Of a stretch of 64,000 bases of DNA, positions 33,799 to 46,710 are shown in pieces. The translations under genes and the position numbers were made by a program. Each line of letters starts with the position of its first letter. Positions within the stretch are counted from its first letter, which is position 1. The notes beneath the pieces were generated by a model. That model did no database searches. It was not told where the DNA came from and saw only the letters and a program-made list of their open reading frames with translations. Source of the DNA: Podarcis vaucheri (Eukaryota); the NCBI GenBank assembly GCA_965113315.1, contig OZ220365.1; one strand, written 5' to 3'.

Positions 33799-36547
33799 CA
33801 CCCCGACTCTTACACGGGAAGACACCCGAAGACACCAAAACCTACATTCCTGTACCCGTGAAAATCTACGAAAGCATATATATATATATATATATATATA
33901 TCCCCAGCACTTTCTCCATGGAAATCTGCTCTTTACTGCTAAATTGGAGCAAATGGCGATCCACAGAAAACTTGGAATTGCTGTTTGTTCCAATTCATCA
34001 TTAAAGAGCCACTTTCCCTCTGGAAAGCAAAGTGGCAAAAACAGCACACTCAGACATACAGGTTTGAAGTACGGAACTGTGCCTCGAAAGCGCAGGATAA
34101 AAGGTAAGTGTGGATGAGCCAGAGAGAGAGAAATGGTTGGCCTAGTGCAGTACAGCAGGCCAGTGGCCAGGACAGGAAAAAGATGGGTGGCCAGTTCTCT
34201 ACAAAACCATTGGCACAAGCTGGCTAAAGCCCACATGAAACACCTGCTGCATGCATTGGCTGTGCTAAGCTTGTTTCATGCAGGTGTTGCCATTGCCAGC
34301 ATTACATTTTTTGTCCTCCCTCTACAAGCAATCCTCTGTGGTTTAGCAGTGGTGATCTTAAACATGCTGCACGTAAGAAGGGAGCCAGCAGATAAAGCTA
34401 TTCCAGAAGGCCACCACATGGCCGGATGATTGTGAGAAGTAACCTCCAGATTCCAATAGGTTTTCATACTGTTTAGACTCAATTCACAACCATGCCTCCA
34501 TTATCACTTCAAGCAATTGCAAAAGGTCAGGCAGTCTCGCCTGGCACTGTTTTGCCTAAGATAGTGATGGGGAACCTGTTGTTCTCCAGTCCTAGCCTGC
34601 ATAGCCAAATGCTCAGGGCTTGTGGGAATTGTAGTGCAGCTACATCTGTAGGGACACAGGTTCTCCGCCCATTTCTGCCATCATGAAATATGCAGAAACA
34701 AAGCTTTGTTGTTCTGCATATGTAAGGCTGAAACTGACTGAAATTCAATACAGAAATGAAAAATCCAGATTCTGTGTGGTTGTTTCTAACCACACATAAT
34801 ATGTCTTGATTACTATGTTGTGTGTATATAAGACACCATAGAATAACAGTTTGATTTTTAGAATCAAGTTGTACTGGAAAAGGTTGATGCCAGTACCTAA
34901 TGTTCTGTCTGCAGAACAAAAATAATGTAATGCATCAGAATATGTAAAAACACATGCAGGCTAGTTTGCCCCCACCACTCTCCCTTCTTGAGAAAGTTTT
35001 GCTGTAATGGTAATTTATGATTGCATGAGATACTTGGTTTTAAATGCCACTCTTAAATGCAAATAGTGTACTAGATCATGTAAGGCCATTGCCAGGGTCT
35101 CCAGGTCTCATGGTTGAAGCGTTTTACCTGGTTCCAGATTTTTGCCAGGGTTTTTTTTTTTTTTTTGGGGGGGGGAGATCTCACACTTCTGGATCCAACA
35201 GATTGCAGACCAAGAATTGGCTGTGGTCTTCTCTGCCACAATCTGCAATGATTATTTTCTCTTGTGATTTAATTATTTATTCCCACGTTAATGTTCCCAT
35301 AGCAATGTTAGCTCTGCCACAGCGCACATATGTAGCATTATCAAGAACTGCTAATTTATGCTTGTCTACATGCTGGGACTCTGATACGCACTGATTTTTT
35401 TTTAATAAAAAAAGCCCACTCACTTTTTTATGTGGGATACTTTTTGAGCATTGAATATGCTTATCACTGAGGTATTTCAAGGCCTGCTCTGAAGGGAATG
35501 GTGAGCAGCAGGAGGCCCAAGGTGGTGCATGAGGAGCAGAAGCTGCTTGTTCTGTCCCCTGGACTTGAAACAGCAGGCAGCTCCAGGCTGTCACTATTTT
35601 CTGGAAGAATTTGACAGAGGCAGATTTAAGGCAGCAAGACCAGCTCCCCCGCACAGGGTGCTGAGCCAAGCGGGTGCCTTCCTGCCTCGTTCCCAAAGCC
35701 TAGTTAGTGCCTTTGTAGCTTTGGGAAGGAGATGGAAGGGCTCTAGGACCCTGCCAGAGCCCTCACACCCCTTTCCCAAAGCCTGGTGCCTCTCTTACCC
35801 AGCTTTAGAAGGTGGTGTGAGAGCTGAGGTGTGTATCAAATTTTGGTCTCACATATGGTGCCATATTACCAAGGTCTGCCCCTAGAATGGTCATGTGCTC
35901 AAAAATTCAGGTTGCACGATTATAGCTTATCGGGTGGTCCTGCAAAGCAAACCCCTTTCCTTAAATGAGCAGACTTTTTGTAATAAGGAAAGTGATGGGG
36001 AAACGCAGAGGGAAGTGGGTGATGCTACTTACTGAGACACATTATCTAACCTCCCTGCAAACAAACCAGAAGGAATGCTCCATAAATGGTCAGCGTTGTC
36101 TAACCTCCTTGCAAACAAATGGGGATGCATGCTCAAGAAACAGGTCATCTGGAAATGCCCAGTATTGCTTCAAAACATCCAAAGTCCTGCCAGTCCTGAA
36201 TCTCTGCAATGTTGTCTACAGTGGCCCTGTGTTTGCATGCAAAGGTTTATTATTATTATATTTATATTCCCTATTTCCTCCAAGAAGTTCAAAGTGGCAC
36301 ACATGTTTACCCCGCTTCCCTATTTTGTCCTTAAAACATGTCTGAAATTTCTGCATAATGTTCATTGCTGTAGAAAGACATGATCAGGAGGCAGAAATGG
36401 CACTTCTATGGCATGATGGGAAGATCGCATGCTCTTCATCTCTACAGTATGCATTTTGCCTTTAAAGAATATCTATAGTACAAACTCATTCTTTAACATA
36501 CTGCTTTTTCCTACTTCCCTTGACTGTTGGAGAGAGGTGTGAAATAG

Positions 36548-36912
36548 TAAAGCTAAAAGTACCCCTGAACATTAGGTCCAGTCACAGATGACTCTGGGGT
36601 TGCATGCTCACCTCGCTCTGTAGACCGAGGGAGCCGGCGTTTGTCCGCAGACAGCTTCTGGGATCCGGGTCATGTGGCCAGCATGACTAAGCCAGTTCTG
36701 GTGAACCAGAGCAGCGCACAGAAATACACGGACTGGTGGCACTGTGGTCTAAACCACAGAGTCTAGGGTTTGCTGATCAGAAGGTTGGCAGTTTGAATCC
36801 CCGTGATGGAGTGAGCTCCTGTTGTTCGGTCCCTGCTCCTGCCAACCTAGCAGTTTGAAAGCACGTCAAGTGCAAGTAGATAAATAGGTACCACTCCGGT
36901 GGGAAGGTAAAC
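36548..36912. mobile_element. Sauria-type SINE with inverted 5' half
   Basis: 3' half on minus strand (36548-~36724) joined to 5' half on plus strand (~36726-36912); flanking tgaaatag direct repeat (36540-36547, 36917-36924). Confidence 0.85.
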
Positions 36913-38645
36913 ATGATGAAATAGAGAGCCTAAATAACTTGCCCTCAAAGCTTTACAGAGTTCACCAGTGTTGTCACTAGTAATTAGGTGAGGACAGATG
37001 TTTCTGGACAGCTACGTTGGAAGGAAACTCAACGTGTTTCTAGTGATAGTTTAGTTCACTAGTGACGACGTACTATCACTGTCACCTAGGAAATGAAACA
37101 TGTTGCTATGGGAACCTCAAGGCTGCATTATTACACATTCTCAAAATGTTGACACTTAGAAAAAACGACCTGTGTGTGTAATATAAACATTCCCAATATT
37201 TGTCTTTATCAGTGTTGCAAAATAAGAAGATTTCTTTGTTTATGTTTCACACAGTCGCTGGAATTTGCAGGTGAAAATGCCTAAAGGCCTCCCATATGTG
37301 TCCAAATGCTTCAAACACTTTGGAAGGTTGTGTTGGTGAAATGTATGGCATTGTAAATTAGTTTCTTGGGGTGTGTATCTTATTGAGTGATTATATGCTT
37401 TTCCTTATTGCTGGAAAGGATGCAATGTTAAGGATCATATTTCCATCTCTGGTGGGAAAGCCTGCAAATGCAAGACCTTTGGGCTTTAGTTCACCAAATA
37501 TTATTCAAAAATTACAGGGGATAATATAATTTATGCACCTGAGTTGTTTTTTTGCTATCACTGTTTTACAGGCCAAACAAAGACGTTACATCGAAGGATT
37601 TACTGGTATTTCTTTTAATTGTTGTCCGTCAAGCTGTAGTCCAACAGTTGGGGACTTTGGACAATTTGTCCTTACGGGCTTGATCTGAGAACATCTGTTT
37701 TATTGTGATCTCAGGAAAAATAACACAAAAGATACATTTGATACAAGACAAGAAAATAACATAATCACTTAGTGCCATATGGTGGGCCTTCATCTTGTAT
37801 ATTTCTAAACCGGATGTACAGTGCTACCTGCCAACAGCAGCTGAAGACATGTGGACAACATAACAATCCTTTGTACAATCAAGCAGACGTTGTAACATGA
37901 TCCATACATAATCTCTTGGTCTCCTGTCTGATCTCATCCCCCATGTTGTGGGATGTTCTTTAGTTGTTATTGCACTGTGTGTGTGTTTTGTTCTTTTTAG
38001 ACACAAACTCTTTAATAATTCAAAAAATGATGAATGAATAAATAATATGGCATAGTTTACTTGACTTGAAGCATTTATGAATTTCCACGATGCGTTTGTT
38101 AGGGTTGCATTCAACTTGGCGCTAAGTAATTCCTTGCGAAAATGCAACAGCCTTCACTTGTGCAACTGGAATTATGCCATCTCTTCTCCTGCATGCCTCC
38201 GAAGTTTGTTGTGGGGTTTCCTCACAACCCTATGGAGCAGGCATGGCTTTGGGTTGTTGAGTTGTTGTTTTAGGGGGAATTTAGGGGGGTAGATTTTGGC
38301 AGGTGTGGGACACATTCTGGCCAGACAGTGCCTCAGTAGCCATGAGAAACTACTCCTGCCTCTAAACTAGCCTTCCCCAACCCAGAGCCGCCTTCTGTTG
38401 TTGGACTTCTCCTTCCCGAATGAAAGCACTCTTGCCTCAGTAGCTTTCAAAAATACTTTACTTCCTGGGATGTAGAGATTTGGTTGTTTTCTGTGCTCAT
38501 GTACAACTGAAGAAGACCAGCTAAACAATCCTTATATTATTTCAAAGGTCTATCATCATACAAAAGTTAACCATCTGAACTGGGAAGCTTTACATTCCAA
38601 AACAGTGAATAAATCAAGAAGCTTATTTCCTTTAAAAATTATGTA

Positions 38646-38887
38646 CAGTGGTACCTGGGGTTAAGTACTTAATTCGTTTCGGAGGTCTGTTCGTAACCTG
38701 AAACTGTTCTTAACCTGAAGCACCACTTTAGCTAATGGGGCCTCCTGCTGCCACTGCGCCGCGGGAGCACAGTTTCTGTTCTCATCCTGAAGCAAAGTTC
38801 TTAACCTGAAGCACTATTTCTGGGTTAGTGGAGTCTGTAACCTGAAGCGTATGCAACCTGAAGCGTATGTAACCTGAGGTACCACTG
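38646..38887. mobile_element. Tc1/mariner-like MITE family A
   Basis: TIRs and TA TSD. Confidence 0.9.
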
Positions 38888-40145
38888 TATTGTATAAACA
38901 GTCACTTACTCATTTTTCATATATGGTTAACTTTCACCAATGGCCGAGTCCAAAATGCATTTACTTGAAGTGAACCTCACTGATTTTTAATGGAAACTAC
39001 TGTTGCCAAGTATGTTTTCATGGGACTGCAGCCTAAAGTATTGCAAATGTCCGGGTTGATTGTCTTGTCTTAACATGAGTCAAAATAACAGATTTGAGGA
39101 CCATCTGGGAAACTAGACAACTGTGCTTCAGGCAGCAGTTCACCTTGTTTTCAGCAAATGCTGAAGTTTGCCTCTAGCATTATTCTTTTGGACAGCTTGG
39201 AAGAGACAACTGTTTTGTGGGTGTGGGAAGCTCAGTGCAACAGTTCTTCACACCACTGTTCTAGGCTGTTCACTCATTTAGAACAAGCTGCCAAGCTTCT
39301 GCAAAATGTCAGGGATGGTATAGGCCCTGTTAAGGACATAAGAAGATAAAAGGAGTCCTGCTGGATCAGGCCAATAGCCCATCTGGTCCATCATCCTGTT
39401 CTCACAGTGGTCAACCAGATACCTATGGGAAGCCTGCAAGGAGAACCCAAGGGGCACAAGCTGTCCCAAACATTTGTGATTCCCAGAAACTATTATACAG
39501 AGACATACTGTATTTGATGGTGGACATTCACATGTGTTGGCAAATCTGTGACTGGAATATGCAACTTCAGGTGAAGAAGTGGGGAGGGGGTCAAAGAATT
39601 TGAATGACCCTTCATACTGAAAAAATATATATTATTGCATAGAATATTAGTATATATGGGAGAAAGGCTGTTTTCTATATGCACATCTTGTTTTTTGTTT
39701 ATTTGGAAGAGCATTCAAGAATATGAGCCCCACCTCCAGTGTGAAGTGATACATAAGTTTTCCACTTTATGTACCATTTCGTTAGAACTCTGAAGAAGAT
39801 TCCATTAGAATGCACTATGTCTTATTCTGTTCAGCTCTCTACTCAGCTTTGCTTGGCCCATGGAGGGACCTTTTCAGATGTGGGTGTGGGGGGAGAGGTT
39901 TGCTGCCTACAGATGGGCTTTTTGAAAATGGGGTGTGGGGAGGAAAGAGAAGAAGCACCAGAATTTATGTGCCTCCTGTCCACTTTGCTGGCCTAGTGAA
40001 ACAGGCAACAGGCTGTTGACCTGGCCATAGAGGAGCAATTGGAAAGTTTGTGTGTGTGTGTGTGTGTGTTGGAAAAAGACGTGTCAGGATTAGCTAATTT
40101 GCTGCTGTATTTGTTTTGCTGCCTACCAGTCATGTCAAACAACTA

Positions 40146-40481
40146 CAGTGGTGCCTCGCAAGACGAAAAGAATCCGTTCTGTGATTCTCTTCGTCTAGCG
40201 GTTTTTTTCGTCTTGCGAAGCAAGCCCATTGAAGGATTAGCGGATTAGCGCTATTAGCGGCTTTTAGTGGCTTATCTGCTGATCGGATCAGCTGATAAGC
40301 GGCTTAGCAGCTTAGAAAAAGGAGGGGAAGGAAAAAAAACCAGCAGGAACTCGCAAGACATTGTCGTCTTGCAAAGCAAGCCCTTAGGAAATTCGTTTTG
40401 CGAAGCACCTCCAAAACGGAAAACTCTTTCGTCTAGCGAGTTTTCCGTCTTGCGAGGCATTTGTCTTGCGGGGCACCACTG
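40146..40481. mobile_element. Tc1/mariner-like MITE family B
   Basis: TIR cagtggtgcctcgcaagac/gtcttgcggggcaccactg, TA TSD, internal repeats of gtcttgcgaag. Confidence 0.88.
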
Positions 40482-41387
40482 TACTTAAGAAGCTTTTGCC
40501 TGTGTGAGAGTGGGTTCGGGGGGGAAGCGCAGCTGTTTGCTTTGCTGCCTTCCAGGCACGTGGAGCAGTTGGCAGGCAACTACTTGAGGTACTTTGTGAA
40601 TATGTATGCATATTGGCCGGCTTTTTAGAGATGTGGGAATTGGAGGAAGAAGCAGATACTCTAGTTGGGCCTCATACTGGGGCAGGGACAATACAACAAT
40701 CCTTTCTTTTTCCTGCTGCCTGCTCCACAGCAGGAATTTCTCCAAAGTTGTTGTTTTGTTTTGTTTATGTGGGGCAGCCCAGTTCAGAGGCATCATTATA
40801 ATCATTATCTTTTTCCTGTTGTCTTCCCCACATCAGGCTTGAGGGTTTGCTCCCAAGTTGTTGGGTAATGGGGAGCAGAGTGCAGAAGCTTAATCATCAT
40901 CATTACTATCATCATTACTATTACCAATGGTAATATGGAAGGGAAATCATCATTATTTTTACAATTTTATATTCCTGTCTCTTTTCATTTTCTGTTCTTT
41001 TGGAGGTGGCGGCCATTTTGTGTTAGGCCACTACAATATTTCTTTAAATAGTATGAAAAGTGGTGTATTAAGAAGGGCGTGAGATGAAGCCTGCAGGCCT
41101 GTTTTATTGCCTGAGTGTTTCTGTGGTTTCTTATTTTCTTCTTCTTTAAAATATCCATCACAAATATTGTTGGCCTCTTTCAATACAGCTCTTGTATAAA
41201 GCTTAACTATAACTAATCTTCTGTATTAGCACTGTCTGAACCCCAGTTCTGAGAATTTTCTCCCTCTCTGTGTAGGATTCTAAATATCATGGAATGTGAC
41301 TCTAAGCAAGAAAGCATGCATGCGCACACACACACACACAAGGAAAATGCACAGGTGTGTGGACACAAACAATAATTCCATACCATT

Positions 41388-41508
41388 TGTTGTTGTTTAG
41401 TCATTTAGTCGTGTCCGACTCTTCGTGACCCCATGGACCAGAGCATGCCAGGCACTCCTGTCTTTCACTGCCTCCCGCAGTTTGGTCAGACTCATGTTTG
41501 TAGCTTCG
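41388..41508 (-). mobile_element. RTE-BovB 3' terminal fragment
   Basis: Matches 28420-28539; 8-bp TSD ataccatt. Confidence 0.9.
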
Positions 41509-43430
41509 ATACCATTGGGCAGTTCTAAATTTTCTTTTAAAAGAGCCCTGCCCCACAAACCATATTCTAAACTTGCTTTTTGCACAGCAATTTACAGCAG
41601 AATCCTAACCATATCTACTCAGAAGGGACTACTGTTACATTCAATAAGGCTTACTCCCAAATCAGTGAGATTAGGATTTCAGCCTAGATATCTGAGAATC
41701 AGAGGAGTTTCCACTGTTCAGATTTCTCCCGTTCAGTCCGTGTGCTTTGTTCACAGACTTGCTCTCATGCGAATGATTTTTATTTTTTGCTCTGAGTCTG
41801 AAGCAGGCCAGGAAGCAGCTTTTAGTTGTTGAATGGGTTTGCGAGTGTGCCTTATTTTGTTTTTGTGTGTTGGCTCATTGTTTTTAATTTTGATTATGGG
41901 TTGAGGCCTCCAAAGCTTGAAGTGGCTGTGGCTTCTCTGGATCTCTGAGAGGCCCTGGAGAGCAATATGTGAGCATGTGCAGAAACTAGCCTGCTGTACA
42001 ATGAAAACATTTGCATGTCATAGAATCACAGAATTGTAGAGTTGGATGGGAGCCAATGGGTCATCTAGTCCAACCCCCTGCAATGCAGGAATGACAGCTA
42101 AATATTCCTTTGTGGTATTGCACACTTTGGTTTCTGGCCCCACCTGCTAAAACCATGTGGCTCCCAGAAGCCTGCCTAGATGGGAATGGAGCACTCAGTC
42201 TGACAGTGGTTCTACACCCCTGTCATAGGGTGTATGTAAGCAGACCACACAGGCCCAAAAATAGACCCATCAGCTTTTGAGACTCTTGAACTAACTTGTG
42301 AGAGGAATTCCATTTTCAGGGGCAAAGGAATTCCCCTTGAAATAGCTTCCGTAGGTAAACTAGCATTGCAAGCCTAGTCTGATCAAACTCCCCTCATTTC
42401 TGTAGGAACTCATGAACTTTGAGGAGTTAAACATTTGCTGTAAGAGGGAGCTGCACAACCTTTTTCAACAAATCCTTTTTTATAGCAGTTTCCCCTTAGT
42501 TCGATCCTTCCTACAGTCGCAGTGATCTCTCTTTCAAATAGTCACCTGCAAATGGATTCTACTGCAACGTTAGTGGGTTGTGCTGTTTCTGCAGACTGAC
42601 TGCTGTGAAGGCCAATGAGAAATGAGAGAACAGGGGCACTAAGAAAGAAAGAAAAGCCCAACAAACAACAACCAGCACAGGTTGCTGAGCAACAGTATGA
42701 CATCAGCATGCTTGGTCTATTTTTGTAGCACAAAGGTTGAAGAAGACTGCAAAAATCATTTCTTTCTTAGATTGCTGAGCGAAACCAAGAGAATGACCAT
42801 CTTCTGAAGGAGAGACACTTACAAGGATGACATCCCAAAATAAATCCTGACTTGCCCAGTGCTGCACATTTTCTTCAAAAGTTTTGTTCTTAATCTTGAA
42901 AGAAAAATTCCAGACTGAGTTTCTCTCAAGTGTCTTTCTCTCATGTGTCTGCATGTGTGACAAAGTACTTGCCTGTTTCATCTGGTGGAGGTAATTCCAG
43001 ACAGATTTAAATCTCAAGTTGCTCGTCAAATGCGTCTGAAAATTTAGCCCCTCTTTTCTTGTGTTCTTCCATTGCTCTTGGCTTCTCACTCCATATAGCA
43101 TCACATGATGAAGCTGAGTTTAGAAAAGAGATCCAATAGGTTTCCTAAAAGAACTCTCCCCACTCACCCCCCCCCCCGTATTTACCTCTAGTCTACTGGA
43201 AAAGTCATGAAATTTCTGGCTGGTTCAGCCACTCCTTACAAGTCAGTCAGCCATCATTTAAATCAGGGTTGGGGAACTAGTGGCCCTCTCTGGACATTGT
43301 TGGACTCCATCTCCCATCAGTCCCTATAATCGGGCCAAGTTCAAACCCAAAGTTTATAAACAACAATAAGAGAATGTTCCCCAGCTCCCTGTGTGATTAC
43401 ATATATATTTGTCACATTGTGTATTGGATA

Positions 43431-43796
43431 AAGGTAAAGGTAAAGGTACCCCTGCCCGAACGGGCCAGTCTTGACAGACTCTGGGGTTTGTGCGCCCATC
43501 TCACATCTATAGGCCGGGGGCCAGCGCTGTCCGGAGACACTTCCGGGTCACGTGGCCAGCGTGACAAAGCTGCATCTGGCGAGCCAGCGCAGCACACGGC
43601 ACGCCGTTTACCTTCCCGCCAGTAAGCGGTACCTATTTATCTACTTGCACCCGGAGGTGCTTTCGAACTGCTAGGTTGGCAGGCGCTGGGACCGAGCAGC
43701 GGGAGCGCGCCCCGCCGCGGGGATTCGAACCGCCGACCTTACGATCGGCAAGCCCTAGGCGCTGAGGCTTTTACCCACAGCGCCACCCGCGTCCCC
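43431..43796 (-). mobile_element. Young CpG-rich Sauria-type SINE (distinct subfamily)
   Basis: Full head to (CCTTTA)n tail; 12-bp TSD gtgtattggata. Confidence 0.92.
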
Positions 43797-45653
43797 GTGT
43801 ATTGGATACCTACTCTTAAAAGCATTTTGGGCGCTGGGGGAAGCTAGGCATTCCCAAGCCTTGCTTCAGAAATGGCACTTTTATCAAAAAGAGTGCAGCA
43901 AAGGTGCCTGACTGATGTCAATATGCAGAGAGTAACTTTACCATGCTATCTTATTGGTGCCAGAATACCTATCATTTCTGCACTATGCAAGGAGCTGTTG
44001 CATTATGTGATCAGCGGTCTACTTCCTATGTTCTTAAATCTATACTATTCTCATATTTGATGTCCTTTGTTTATATCTGTGTAAATATCATACATTGCCT
44101 CTCCTGTCAGGCATTGCCTCACTCCTCCTACTTAGAGGATGCAAGCTTAAATAAGCTGCTTTTGCAGTGGATCCACTCATCCAGCTTTATGGAAGTTGCT
44201 CCTTTTGATTTAAATCTGAATTTATAAAGGTGTCCACCTTGTTCACCTCATTAATCTCTTCTGCCATTTTTTTTTTTTGGGGGGGAGGAGGTTAGAATAT
44301 GAGGAAGGCACTGTGCCAGCTATTTCACATATCAACACTCCCCTTTCCCCTCTTTTATGCATAGCATCAACATGTTGGGGCTGGTTTGTGGGTATGAAGT
44401 ATGTTTGTGCTTATTCAGTGCTGTAAAAAATATTAAAATCCCCGAAGCCACAATTTTGAGAAAGGAAGCGTGTATAAGTGAGGATTTTGCACAGATTAGT
44501 TCCAGGATCACAAGACGCAAGTTGAAATGAAACAAATGCCGCAAGAGGCTGACTGGTCTAGAATACTCGAAAAAGTGGTAGCTTGGCTGTTTGGGTGCTC
44601 AAGCATCTTGAATCTACCTGTAAGCATTTACTGCCACCTTGCGGTAGACAGAGCAACAGATGCTCAGTTTTGCTAATCTGAATGTTTTATCCATAGCAAA
44701 AATGGAGCAAATAGTCTGCTGTTCGTGTGTTAACTATTGATGGGCAACTTCAAGGCCAGTACTCTCTCCTCTTATGGTTATTTAAATTGGACTTGGACCA
44801 CGCAGCCCTTCAAATAGAAGATGTTAGCATTTGAGTTGAATGCCAGTAGAAGCGGAACTGAAACAGAAGAGCTGTTGGAGGAGCACACATTCCCTGGGTA
44901 CCATCACCCTGAGACTCTATGTTTAAGAAAACAAGAAAGCGAATATTTATCACTGGAAATGCATGTTGATTTTGATTTACTCTACCTTTTTTTTGTTGAG
45001 GCGGAGCCGAGCATCAGTCAGTTACATGGTTGACTATGCAGAGGTCCTTGCATGCAGTTAAATGCATATACTACTGCCATTATGTGCAGTGATCTATGGA
45101 CTAGAGTGCTAATCTTCACTCTGGTATGAGAGAAGGAATGGAAAATAATTCCCTGACCACCGCCTACATAGCCTTATACAAAGGGAATATAATAAGAACA
45201 AAATCAGGGCTGTAACCAGCATTTCTCACTAGGTGGGGGCCTGACACATTTCCATGTGGGACTAAATATATGTGGGAAGCCAGTGAATCATCCCCCCACC
45301 TCCACAACATGAATTACCATTAAAAGAAATAATACATATTGCCATATAAAGAGTAGGCCATTTAGGCCAGAGTCTAACATTTCATAAGCCTGCTAGAGTA
45401 AAATGCTGTCACTTTAATGTAGGGCACAGAGCCAAGGAGAGAGTCAGATTTCTTAATAATAGTGTTGAGAAATGTGGTGTCTGATTGATGGTTATGAAAA
45501 TTCATTCTGTGTCAGTAAAGCAAATCATTGCCACCTTCTTCTTGAACTTGGCAACTGCAGTGTCATGTCAGGCATTTAATAAACCTGAGGCTTCCAGGAA
45601 AATTGGAAAGGTGTGAGTGTGTGAATTGTGCAGTATGAATTGTGCAATAAGTG

Positions 45654-45940
45654 TAGGGTTGCCATATTTTGAAGAGCAAAAAAGAGGATGCTATAATGAC
45701 TCTTATTTCAAATACCCCTACTCTATGTAGGCTGTAGAACTTGTGATATATTGTTTGGGGGCAAGTGGAGTGAGGAGGAGAAAAGAAGAGGAAAGGAAGT
45801 CTTCATCCACCATTTATGTCTGTGTCTCATCCAGAAAGTACAGCCAGAGACATTTTGGCAAATTTAAAAAATCTTGGACAGAAATTTTACCCCTGAAAAA
45901 GAGGACGTGTCTAGGAAAAACAGGACAGATGGCAACCCTA
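45654..45940. mobile_element. hAT-like non-autonomous element
   Basis: 12-bp TIR tagggttgccat/atggcaacccta; TSD not evident. Confidence 0.6.
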
Positions 45941-46169
45941 AGTGCATTGCTAAGGCTGGTTTCGAAATGAGCCTCAGTCTTGTTCTCTGTGAGTATGGTA
46001 TACTGGTGTTCTGGCTGCTGATCTGCCCATGCTGTTGATTGACAGGTGAGTTCCTTCCACACCCCACCTGGATCACACAGCTGGCCCTGAGGAAGAGCAG
46101 CCACTAGAAATTGACAAGTGAAACACATCTGGAAGTTAGCAGCCTGCTTATGGGTCCAGCTACTCAATA

Positions 46170-46710
46170 TGTTACAAGTGTGCAGAGGAGGGTGACCGAG
46201 ATGATCAGAGGTCTGGAAACCAAGCCTTATGAGGAACAGTTGAAGGAGTTGTGTATGTTTAGCCTGGAAAAGAGGAGAGTGAAAGCAGATATGATAGCCA
46301 TCTTCAAATATCTAAAGGGCTGACACCAGTGGCGTAGCATGGGTTGTCAGCACCTGGGGCAAGGCAAGTAATTTGCGCCCCCTAACCCGTGGATTTGCGC
46401 CCCCTAACCCCCAGATGTTGCGCCCGGTGCGGCCGGCCCCCCCTGCACCCCCCACGCTAGGCCACTGGCTGACACACAGAAGATGGAATAAGCTTGTTTT
46501 CTCCTGCTCCAGTGGGTAGGACCCGAACCAATGGCTTCAAGCTGCAAGAAAGGAGATTCTGACTAAACATAAAGAAAAGCTTTCTGACAGCAAGAGTGTT
46601 CAACAGTGGAATGGACTCCCTTGGAACGTGGTGGGCTCTCAGCTGAGATTCCTGCATTGAAGCGGGTTGGACTGGATGATCCTTGGGGAACCTTCCAACT
46701 TGACAATTCT
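46170..46710 (+). mobile_element. CR1 3' fragment interrupted by a MITE
   Basis: [33 protein letters not shown] peptide; CR1 3' end. Confidence 0.85.
46327..46467. mobile_element. hAT-like MITE nested in CR1
   Basis: TIR cagtggcgtagc/gctaggccactg; perfect 8-bp TSD gctgacac. Confidence 0.92.

Larger units (their letters stand above)
30227..33901 (+). mobile_element. Composite Penelope-like (Penelope/Poseidon-type) retroelement locus in (AT)n
   Basis: (AT)n 30227-30262 | inverted 30261-30456 | forward 30454-30580 | (AT)n | inverted 30604-31425 | forward 31424-33876 | (AT)n to 33901. Confidence 0.93.
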
